From contig CAVURN010000002.1 in assembly GCA_963743915.1 (NCBI GenBank), positions 128,001 through 192,000 of the forward strand: 64,000 bases of DNA, in the 5' to 3' direction. The notes beneath the pieces are model-generated. The model was not told the DNA's origin and made no database searches. It saw only the letters and a list, made by a program, of their open reading frames with translations. Numbering within the stretch: position 1 is the stretch's first letter; the number at the start of each line of letters is the position of its first letter. Of this stretch, positions 54,873-64,000 are shown one piece after another. Position numbers and translations under genes: made by a program. The stretch is from an uncultured Actinomycetota bacterium (lineage in GTDB: Bacteria; Actinomycetota; Actinomycetes; JAHEKZ01).

Positions 54873-56030
54873 GTGTCCGCAGCACCACAGACGACCACGC
54901 CCGCCGCCGACCGCGGTGAGCGCCTTCGCTCCTACGACCCGGCCGACTTCGCGGTGCCGTCCGGACGTGAGGAGGAGTGGCGCTTCACGCCGCTCCGCCA
55001 GCTGCGCGACGTCCTCGAGGCCGACCACGCCTCGGGGTCGGTCACGATCGACGTGCAGGCGCCCAGCGACGCCAAGGTCGAGCGGGTCTCCGCGCTCGGG
55101 GGAGACCGCGACCCCAGGATCGGGTCGGTCGGGGTGCCCGCCGAGCGGGGTGCCGCACAGGCCTTCGCCCACGCGCGCGAAGCCACCGTCATCACCGTGC
55201 CGCACGACACCAAGCTCACCGAGCCGGTCGTCGTCCGCGCCCACGGGAGCAGTGCCGCCTCGGCCGACTACGGTCACCTGTTCCTCGACGTCGAGCCGTT
55301 CGCCTCGGCGGTGGTCGTGCTCGACCACGTCGGCTCGGCCACCTATGCCGACAACCTCGAGATCCGGGTGGGTGACCAGGGGCACCTCACGGTGGTCTCC
55401 CTGCTCGACTGGGACCTCGACACCGTGCACGTGTCGGCCCACCACCTCCAGGTCGGACGCGACGCGCGCGTCCTGCACGTCGTCGTCTCCCTGGGCGGTG
55501 AGGTGCTGCGCATCTCTCCGGAGGTCACCTACGCCGGCCCCGGGGGTGACGTCGAGCTGCTCGGCCTCTTCTTCACCGACCCCGACCAGCACCACGAGCA
55601 CCGGATCTTCGTCGACCACAGCGAGCCCCACTGCCGCAGCAACGTCAACTACAAGGGCGCCTTGATCGGCGAACACGCGCACTCGGTCTGGATCGGTGAC
55701 GTGCTCATCCGGGCCGCCGCCACCGGTACCGAGACATACGAGATCAACCGCAACCTGCTGCTCAGCGACGGACCGCGGGCCGACTCCGTGCCCAACCTCG
55801 AGATCGAGACGGGTGACGTCACCAGCGCGGGCCACGCCAGCGTCACCGGACGACTCGATGACGACCAGCTCTTCTACCTGATGTCCCGCGGCGTGCCTGA
55901 GCTCGAGGCGCGCCGGCTCGTGGTCAACGGGTTCTTCGCCGAGCTCCGCGACCGGATCGGGGTCGCGTTCGTCACCGAGCGACTCGCGTCCGCTCTGGAG
56001 TCCGAGCTGGAAAGGGCCACCGCATCGTGA
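54873..56030 (+). CDS. sufD: Fe-S cluster assembly protein SufD
   Basis: [30 protein letters not shown]. Confidence 0.94.
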   Translation: MSAAPQTTTPAADRGERLRSYDPADFAVPSGREEEWRFTPLRQLRDVLEADHASGSVTIDVQAPSDAKVERVSALGGDRDPRIGSVGVPAERGAAQAFAHAREATVITVPHDTKLTEPVVVRAHGSSAASADYGHLFLDVEPFASAVVVLDHVGSATYADNLEIRVGDQGHLTVVSLLDWDLDTVHVSAHHLQVGRDARVLHVVVSLGGEVLRISPEVTYAGPGGDVELLGLFFTDPDQHHEHRIFVDHSEPHCRSNVNYKGALIGEHAHSVWIGDVLIRAAATGTETYEINRNLLLSDGPRADSVPNLEIETGDVTSAGHASVTGRLDDDQLFYLMSRGVPELEARRLVVNGFFAELRDRIGVAFVTERLASALESELERATAS

Positions 56031-56350
56031 CCACCCCCCACTTCGTCCCCGTCTGCCAGCTGAGCGAGCTGACCGAGACCGAGCCCCGCAAGGCCGTGGT
56101 CGACGGCACGACCATCGCCGTCGTCCTCACCGAAGGCGAGGTCTTCGCGATCGACGACACCTGCTCCCACGGGGCGGTGTCACTCGCCGAGGGTGAGGTC
56201 GAGGGCTGCGCCCTCGAGTGCTGGTTGCACGGGTCGAAGTTCGACCTGCGCACCGGCGCCCCGCTCTCCCTTCCCGCCACCGACCCGGTGCCCGTCTACC
56301 CCGTCAAGGTCGAGGACGGCACCGTCCTCGTCGCAACCCAGGAGCAGTGA
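56027..56350 (+). CDS. Rieske-type ferredoxin
   Basis: CSHG...LECWLHGSKFDLRTG. Confidence 0.9.
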   Translation: MTTPHFVPVCQLSELTETEPRKAVVDGTTIAVVLTEGEVFAIDDTCSHGAVSLAEGEVEGCALECWLHGSKFDLRTGAPLSLPATDPVPVYPVKVEDGTVLVATQEQ

Positions 56351-56355
56351 TCCGC

Positions 56356-57132
56356 ATGAGCGTCCTCGAGGTCAGTGACCTGCACGTCTCGGTCGAGGCC
56401 GACGACGGTGCCCGCCCCATCCTCAAGGGGGTCGACCTGACCATCCGCAGCGGTGAGACCCACGCCCTGATGGGGCCGAACGGCTCGGGCAAGTCGACAT
56501 TGGCCTACGCCATCGCCGGTCATCCTCGCTACGCGGTAACGGCTGGGTCCATCACGCTCGACGGCGACGACCTGCTCACGATGAGCGTCGACGAGCGCGC
56601 GCGGGCCGGGATCTTCCTGGCCATGCAGTACCCGGTCGAGGTCCCCGGCGTCTCGGTGACGAACTTCCTGCGCACCGCGGCCACGGCGGTACGGGGCGAG
56701 GCGCCGAAGGTCAGGCACTGGGTCAAGGAGGTCCGCGAGACCATGGACCGCCTCTCGATGGACCCCGCGTTCGCCGAGCGCAACGTGAACGAGGGCTTCT
56801 CCGGCGGCGAGAAGAAGCGCTCCGAGCTGCTTCAGCTGGAGCTGCTGCGTCCCTCCATCGCCGTGCTCGACGAGATCGACTCGGGCCTCGACGTCGACGC
56901 GTTGAAGGTGGTCTCCGAAGGCATCAACCGGATGCGCGCCACCGGTGAGACCGGCCTGATGCTCATCACGCACTACACGCGCATCCTGCGGTACGTCGTC
57001 CCCGACCACGTCCACGTCTTCGCGGGTGGTCGCATCGTCGAGCGCGGGGGACCCGAGCTCGCGGAGACGCTCGAGGCGGAGGGCTACGAGCGCTACACGG
57101 GGCGTGACCTCGCCGACGTCGGAGCGGGCTGA
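56356..57132 (+). CDS. sufC: Fe-S cluster assembly ATPase SufC
   Basis: MGPNGSGKST, LAMQYPVE, NEGFSGGEKKR, ITHY. Confidence 0.95.
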   Translation: MSVLEVSDLHVSVEADDGARPILKGVDLTIRSGETHALMGPNGSGKSTLAYAIAGHPRYAVTAGSITLDGDDLLTMSVDERARAGIFLAMQYPVEVPGVSVTNFLRTAATAVRGEAPKVRHWVKEVRETMDRLSMDPAFAERNVNEGFSGGEKKRSELLQLELLRPSIAVLDEIDSGLDVDALKVVSEGINRMRATGETGLMLITHYTRILRYVVPDHVHVFAGGRIVERGGPELAETLEAEGYERYTGRDLADVGAG

Positions 57133-58864
<1,732 letters not shown>

Positions 58865-58868
<4 letters not shown>

Positions 58869-59185
58869 GCGAGACCACCGTCAGCACCGACGACCTCACC
58901 GAGGCCATGCGCGACGTGGTCGACCCCGAGCTCGGGATCAACGTGGTCGACCTCGGCCTGGTCTACGGCATCACCGTCGACGACACGAACACCGCTGTCA
59001 TCGACATGACGCTGACCAGCGCGGCGTGCCCGTTGACCGACGTCATCGAGGACCAGACTCAGGTGGCCCTGGGCGCCCTGGTCGACGGCGTGCGGATCAA
59101 CTGGGTGTGGATGCCGCCCTGGGGGCCGGACAAGATCACCGATGACGGTCGCGAGCAGCTGCGCGCCCTGGGCTTCAACGTCTGA
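58865..59185 (+). CDS. sufT: DUF59/SufT metal-sulfur cluster assembly factor
   Basis: VVDPELGINVVDLGLVY, TLTSAACP, WMPPW. Confidence 0.9.
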
Positions 59186-59247
59186 CGCCGCCCGCGCAGG
59201 CAGAAATGCCCGGGCCGTCGACACCGGTCTGACGGAATACTGACGCC

Positions 59248-60846
59248 GTGATCACTGCCACCGAGATCGAGCTCCGCGCGGGATCCCGCCTCCTGCTCGA
59301 CCACGCGAGCTTCCGCGTGGCGGCCGGTGAGAAGGTCGGACTCGTCGGGCGCAACGGTGCCGGCAAGACCACGCTGACCAAGGTGCTCGCCGGGGAGGGA
59401 ACACCGGCGTCGGGGACCGTGACGCGTTCGGGCGGCATCGGCTACCTGCCGCAGGATCCACGGACCGGCGACCTCGGACAGCTGGCCACCGCCCGGATCC
59501 TCTCCGTCCGTGGCCTGGACCAGATCACCGTGGACCTGCGAGCCGCCGAGGCAGCCATGGCCAGCGCCGACCCCGACAGCCGTGACCGCGCCATGCGGCG
59601 CTACAGCCGGCTCGACGCGGAGTTCACGGCGGCGGGCGGCTATGCCGCCGAGTCCGCCGCCGCCCGCATCGCGGCCAGCCTCGGACTCCCCGAACGCGTG
59701 CTCGTCCAGCCGTTGAGCACGCTCTCCGGCGGCCAGCGTCGGCGGGTCGAGCTGGCCCGCATCCTGTTCAGCGACGCCGAGACGCTGCTGCTCGACGAGC
59801 CGACCAACCATCTCGACGCCGACTCGATCGGGTGGCTGCGGGACTTCCTGCGCACCTTCGCCGGAGGGGTCGTGGTGATCTCGCACGACGTCGACCTGCT
59901 GGAGAACACGGTCAACCGGGTGTTCCACCTCGACGCCAACCGCGCGGTGCTCGACGTCTACAACGTGGGGTGGCGGGCCTACCTGCAGCAACGTGAGACC
60001 GACGAACGCCGCCGGCGCCGGGAGCGCTCCAACGCCGAGAAGCAGGCGACGGCCCTCCGCGACCAGGCCGAACGCATGCGGGCCAAGGCCACCAAGGCGA
60101 AGGCGGCCCAGAACATGGTGCGGCGGGCCGACCGGCTCACCTCCGGGCTGGAGGGCGAGCGGCGGGCCGACCGGGTGGCCCGGATCCGCTTCCCCGACCC
60201 CGCGCCGTGCGGCAGGACCCCCCTCACCGCGCAGTCGCTGTCGAAGTCCTACGGCTCTCTGGAGGTCTTCACCGACGTCGACCTGGCGGTCGACCGCGGG
60301 TCGAGGGTGGTCGTGCTGGGGCTCAACGGAGCCGGCAAGACCACCCTGCTGCGCCTTCTGGCGGGCGTGGAGACCCCTGACACGGGGAGCGTGGACGCGG
60401 GGCACGGGCTCCGCCTGGGGTACTACGCCCAGGAGCACGAGACGCTCGACGCGGACCGCTCGGTGATCGAGAACCTGCTGTCAGCGAGCCCGTCACTGTC
60501 GGAGACCGAGGGGCGCACCCTGCTCGGCAGCTTCCTCTTCACCGGTGACACCGTCTACCAGCCGGCGGGGACCCTGTCCGGCGGTGAGAAGACCCGGCTT
60601 GCCCTCGCCTGCCTGGTGGCCTCGAGCGCCAACGTCCTGCTGCTCGACGAGCCCACCAACAACCTCGACCCGGCGAGCCGCGAGGAGATCCTGGGGGCGC
60701 TTCGCGGATTCGGTGGCGCGATCGTGCTCGTGACGCACGACGAGGGAGCGGTGGACGCGCTGCAGCCCGAGCGACTGATCCTGCTCCCGGACGGCGTCGA
60801 GGACCTCTGGTCGGCTGACTACGCCGACCTCATCGCGCTGGCCTGA
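59248..60846 (+). CDS. ABC-F family ATP-binding protein
   Basis: Two ATPase domains (GRNGAGKT, GLNGAGKT; LDEPTN twice), inter-domain linker, no TM helices. Confidence 0.92.
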   Translation: MITATEIELRAGSRLLLDHASFRVAAGEKVGLVGRNGAGKTTLTKVLAGEGTPASGTVTRSGGIGYLPQDPRTGDLGQLATARILSVRGLDQITVDLRAAEAAMASADPDSRDRAMRRYSRLDAEFTAAGGYAAESAAARIAASLGLPERVLVQPLSTLSGGQRRRVELARILFSDAETLLLDEPTNHLDADSIGWLRDFLRTFAGGVVVISHDVDLLENTVNRVFHLDANRAVLDVYNVGWRAYLQQRETDERRRRRERSNAEKQATALRDQAERMRAKATKAKAAQNMVRRADRLTSGLEGERRADRVARIRFPDPAPCGRTPLTAQSLSKSYGSLEVFTDVDLAVDRGSRVVVLGLNGAGKTTLLRLLAGVETPDTGSVDAGHGLRLGYYAQEHETLDADRSVIENLLSASPSLSETEGRTLLGSFLFTGDTVYQPAGTLSGGEKTRLALACLVASSANVLLLDEPTNNLDPASREEILGALRGFGGAIVLVTHDEGAVDALQPERLILLPDGVEDLWSADYADLIALA

Positions 60847-60908
60847 CTCAATTGGCCTGATGGTCGGGATCGGCGCATGATGGGACGAGTCACGATCAGG
60901 AGGCGGCT

Positions 60909-61127
60909 GTGAGCGATCTGGGCAAGGGACGACGCATCACCGGCGACGAGCGCGGCACGCTCTCGAGCACGCTGCGCCAGCGCTACGAAGGTGGAGCCAG
61001 CATCCGTACCCTGGCCGCCGAGACCGGGCGGTCCTACGGGTTCGTCCACCGTGTGCTGCTCGAGTCCGGTGCCACGCTCCGTGGTCGGGGCGGGGCAACC
61101 CGCGGCAAGAAGCGCGCCACCCACTGA
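60909..61127 (+). CDS. gbn: Small HTH protein resembling Streptomyces SCO1839/Gbn (GATC-binding nucleoid-associated protein)
   Basis: GASIRTLAAETGRSYGFVHRVLLESGATLRGRGGATRGKK; AGGAGG RBS; next to an ABC-F gene, as recalled for Streptomyces. Confidence 0.7.
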   Translation: MSDLGKGRRITGDERGTLSSTLRQRYEGGASIRTLAAETGRSYGFVHRVLLESGATLRGRGGATRGKKRATH

Positions 61128-61188
61128 CGTCCGGCGCCCTCCGCCACGCCTGGGCGACGTTCGCTGCACGCGTAGCAGCAGGCCGTCC

Positions 61189-61216
61189 GGAATGCGCGAA
61201 CCCGCGGCGGTCGTTG
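61189..61216 (+). promoter_or_regulatory. Putative SigR/SigH-type promoter (GGAAT-N18-CGTTG)
   Basis: GGAAT 61189-61193 and CGTTG 61212-61216 upstream of the ABC exporter. Confidence 0.45.
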
Positions 61217-61259
61217 CCCTCAGGGTGACCAAAGGGGTCACCGACTCTCCGGAGGCGCC

Positions 61260-63122
61260 GTGAGCATGCAGGGGTGGTCGACCCTCCGTTCGTTCGCGCG
61301 CGACGGGAGTGTGGCCGACAAGCACCTCGCCCCGGGCACCGTGCGTCGGGTGGGCGGATACGCCAGGCCCTACCGGCGTCCGATCGGGTTCTTCCTCGGG
61401 CTCACCGTGGTCGACGCGCTGCTCGTGGTCGCCAGCCCGCTGCTGCTGCAGCGGCTGCTCGACGACGGGGTCACACCGGGTGACAAGCAGGTCGTCGTCA
61501 CGCTGGCACTCATCGTCGCAGGGCTCGCCGTCTTCGAAGCAGTGCTGTCCCTGGTCATGCGCTGGTACTCGGCCCGGATCGGTGAGGGCCTGATCTACGA
61601 CCTCCGTCGGCAGGTCTTCGACCACGTGCAGCGGATGCCGCTGGCATTCTTCGTCCGGACGCAGACCGGTGCCTTGATCTCCCGGTTGAACAGCGACGTC
61701 ATCGGCGCGCAGCAGGCGTTCACCACCACGCTGTCCAGCGTGGTCTCGAACGGCATCAGCGTGGTGGTGGTCACCATCGCGATGCTCGCGCTCTCGTGGC
61801 AGATCACCCTTGCCGCCCTTGCGCTGCTTCCCGTCTTCTTGATCCCCGCTCGCTACGTCGGTCGCCGCCTCGCCCAGATGACGCGAGAGTCCATGCAGCT
61901 CAACGCCAGCATGAGCACCACCATGACCGAGCGCTTCAACGTCTCGGGAGCACTGCTGGTCAAGCTCTTCGGACGTCCGGACGAGGAGCGTGACTCGTTC
62001 AGTGCGCGCGCCCGCGAGGTGGCCGACATCGGCATCAGGATCGCCATGGCCAACCGGGCCTTCTTCACGGCGCTCACCCTGATCGCCTCCCTGGCCATCG
62101 CGCTCGTCTACGGGATCGGCGGGGTGCTGGCGATCGACGGAGCACTGACCGTGGGAACCCTGGTCGCGCTCGCTGCGCTGCTGGGCCGGCTCTACGGACC
62201 CCTCACGGCGCTGTCGAACGTCCGCGTGGACATCATGACCGCCCTGGTCAGCTTCGAGCGGGTGTTCGAGGTGCTCGACCTCGTCCCGATGGTGCGCGAC
62301 CGAGAGGACGCGGTGGCCCTTCCGGCCGGCCCCAAGTCCGTGCAGTTCGACCACGTCTCCTTCGCGTACCCCACGCCAGAAGAGGTCTCGCTCGCCTCAC
62401 TCGAGGCGGTGGCGCGCACTGAGACCGCACCCAGCGGTCCGGTGCTGCACGACCTGTCCTTCGAGGTGGCACCGGGCCAGATGGTGGCGCTCGTCGGCCC
62501 GTCCGGTGCGGGCAAGACCACGTTGACCTCGCTCGTCACCCGTCTGTACGACGTGACGTCGGGGCATGTGCGGGTCGGGGGGTACGACGTCCGCGATGTG
62601 ACGCTCCGCTCGCTGCAGGACGCCGTCGGCGTCGTGACCCAGGACGCCCACCTGTTCCACGACACGATCGAGGCGAACCTCCGCTATGCAGCACCGCACG
62701 CGACGGAAGCGCAGATCTGGCAGGCCCTGGGCGCAGCGCGCATCGACCACCTCGTGCGCTCGCTGCCCGAGGGGCTGGGGACCGTCGTCGGCGACCGTGG
62801 CCACCGCCTCTCCGGTGGCGAGAAGCAACGTCTCGCGATCGCGCGTCTGCTCCTGAAATCACCCGACGTGGTGATCCTCGACGAGGCGACGGCACACCTC
62901 GACAGCGAGTCCGAACGCTTTGTGCAGGAGGCGCTGGAGACCGCACTCGTCGGCCGGACCTCACTGGTCATCGCGCACCGACTCTCCACCGTACGGGCCG
63001 CGAACATCATCGTGGTCGTCGAGGACGGACGCATCGTCGAGCGGGGCGACCACCAGACCTTGCTCGCGCAGAACGGTCTCTACGCGGACCTGTACCGCAC
63101 CCAGCTCGCCCCTCAGGGATAG
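61260..63122 (+). CDS. ABC transporter, fused permease/ATP-binding (exporter type)
   Basis: N-terminal TMD, GPSGAGKT, LSGGEKQR, LDEATAHLD, IAHRLST. Confidence 0.92.
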   Translation: MSMQGWSTLRSFARDGSVADKHLAPGTVRRVGGYARPYRRPIGFFLGLTVVDALLVVASPLLLQRLLDDGVTPGDKQVVVTLALIVAGLAVFEAVLSLVMRWYSARIGEGLIYDLRRQVFDHVQRMPLAFFVRTQTGALISRLNSDVIGAQQAFTTTLSSVVSNGISVVVVTIAMLALSWQITLAALALLPVFLIPARYVGRRLAQMTRESMQLNASMSTTMTERFNVSGALLVKLFGRPDEERDSFSARAREVADIGIRIAMANRAFFTALTLIASLAIALVYGIGGVLAIDGALTVGTLVALAALLGRLYGPLTALSNVRVDIMTALVSFERVFEVLDLVPMVRDREDAVALPAGPKSVQFDHVSFAYPTPEEVSLASLEAVARTETAPSGPVLHDLSFEVAPGQMVALVGPSGAGKTTLTSLVTRLYDVTSGHVRVGGYDVRDVTLRSLQDAVGVVTQDAHLFHDTIEANLRYAAPHATEAQIWQALGAARIDHLVRSLPEGLGTVVGDRGHRLSGGEKQRLAIARLLLKSPDVVILDEATAHLDSESERFVQEALETALVGRTSLVIAHRLSTVRAANIIVVVEDGRIVERGDHQTLLAQNGLYADLYRTQLAPQG

Positions 63123-63128
63123 CTGTAC

Positions 63129-63890
63129 TCAGAGGGAGCGGCGGGCTCCGCCGTCGACCGGGATGAGTGCGCCGGTCAGGTAGGACGCGGCGGCGGACAG
63201 CACGAACGCGGCGACGGTCCCGAACTCCACCGGGTCGCCGTACCGGCCCAGGGGGATGGCGGCCTCGTGACGCCGGCGCGCGGAGTCACCTCGTCCTGCC
63301 TTGGCGTCGAGCTCACGGGTGCGGTCGGTGTTGACCCGGCCCGGCATCAGCCCGTTGACCCTGATGCCGCGAGGACCGAGCTCGTCGGCGAGGTCCTTGA
63401 CGACTCCCGCCACCCCTGGGCGCAGGCCGTTCGAGACCGCGAGCCCCGGGATGGGTTCGCGCGCCGACGAGCTGAGGACGAAGGCCAGTGCTCCGCCGGC
63501 CTCCATGGCCTCGACCACGGCCCGGGCCACGCGCACCGGGCCAAGGAAGACCGACTCGAAGCCGGCCCGCCAGGCGTCGTCGCCCGTCTCCATGACCGAT
63601 CCCGGCGGTGGTCCGCCGCACGAGAGCAGGGCACCGTCGAGCCGGCCGAAGCGGGCGACCGCGGCAGCGATGAGCCGCTCCTCGGCACCGGCGTCGGTGA
63701 GGTCGGTGGGGACGCCGAGCGCGTGCTCGGAGCCACCCAGGTCGGCTACAGCGAGACCGAGCTGGTGGGAGTCGCGTGCGGCCAGCACCACGCGCGCACC
63801 CTCCTCCACCAGCGTGCGTGCGGTGGCGTGACCGAGCCCGCGGCTGCCACCGGTGATGACGAACACTCGATCGGCGAGTCCGAGATCCAT
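63129..63890 (-). CDS. SDR family oxidoreductase
   Basis: TGGSRGLG, SNGLRPG, IPLGRYG, VDGG. Confidence 0.9.
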   Translation of the reverse strand: MDLGLADRVFVITGGSRGLGHATARTLVEEGARVVLAARDSHQLGLAVADLGGSEHALGVPTDLTDAGAEERLIAAAVARFGRLDGALLSCGGPPPGSVMETGDDAWRAGFESVFLGPVRVARAVVEAMEAGGALAFVLSSSAREPIPGLAVSNGLRPGVAGVVKDLADELGPRGIRVNGLMPGRVNTDRTRELDAKAGRGDSARRRHEAAIPLGRYGDPVEFGTVAAFVLSAAASYLTGALIPVDGGARRSL

Positions 63891-63926
63891 GAGTGCCCCT
63901 TCTGCGGTCGACCCGCCTGAGCGTAG

Positions 63927-64000
63927 TCAGTCAGCGGGCAGCGACACCGGCGTCGAGGCCGGGCGCGGCGTGCTGCTTTCGCGACGCAGCAGCACGATGT
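63927..64000 (-). CDS. C-terminal end of a gene entering from the right edge (unidentified)
   Basis: Open frame IVLLRRESSTPRPASTPVSLPAD* ending at TGA 63929-63927. Confidence 0.35.
   Translation of the reverse strand, partial: IVLLRRESSTPRPASTPVSLPAD

Noticed and set aside
59186-60846. Antibiotic-resistance ABC-F with attenuator
   Set aside because: Short upstream region without leader peptide or attenuator; position after the suf cluster fits a housekeeping ABC-F

Overview
High-GC actinobacterial (class Actinomycetes) chromosomal segment. It follows the conserved core synteny livFGMH - polA - rpsA - coaE - uvrB - terC - uvrA - uvrC - rapZ/yvcK/whiA - gap/pgk/tpiA/secG - rbpA - tal/tkt - ctaB/ctaA - sufR-sufBDCSUT - ABC-F - gbn-like NAP. 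Accessory modules sit inside this backbone: (i) a DUF222-HNH gene under a perfect LexA box; (ii) a sulfate-activation block (cysQ-cysD-cysN, a convergent APS kinase with a degenerate ATP-sulfurylase-like N-terminus, an orphan priming glycosyltransferase) plus a PAPS-dependent sulfotransferase about 5 kb downstream, together suggesting a sulfated surface glycan system; (iii) a two-component system with a divergent membrane protein; (iv) a DUF4397 surface protein - class F sortase - SigK-like ECF sigma - RskA-like anti-sigma cassette, in which the sigma gene appears to have two starts. uvrA and uvrB carry exact PafBC-type (RecA-NDp) promoters, and many genes look leaderless. About 13 single-base indels break otherwise intact genes (uvrB, two terC, MDMPI, rapZ, yvcK, sortase) and are most likely long-read sequencing errors. 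I saw no rRNA, tRNA, CRISPR array or IS element. All family assignments come from motif recognition by eye, not from database searches.
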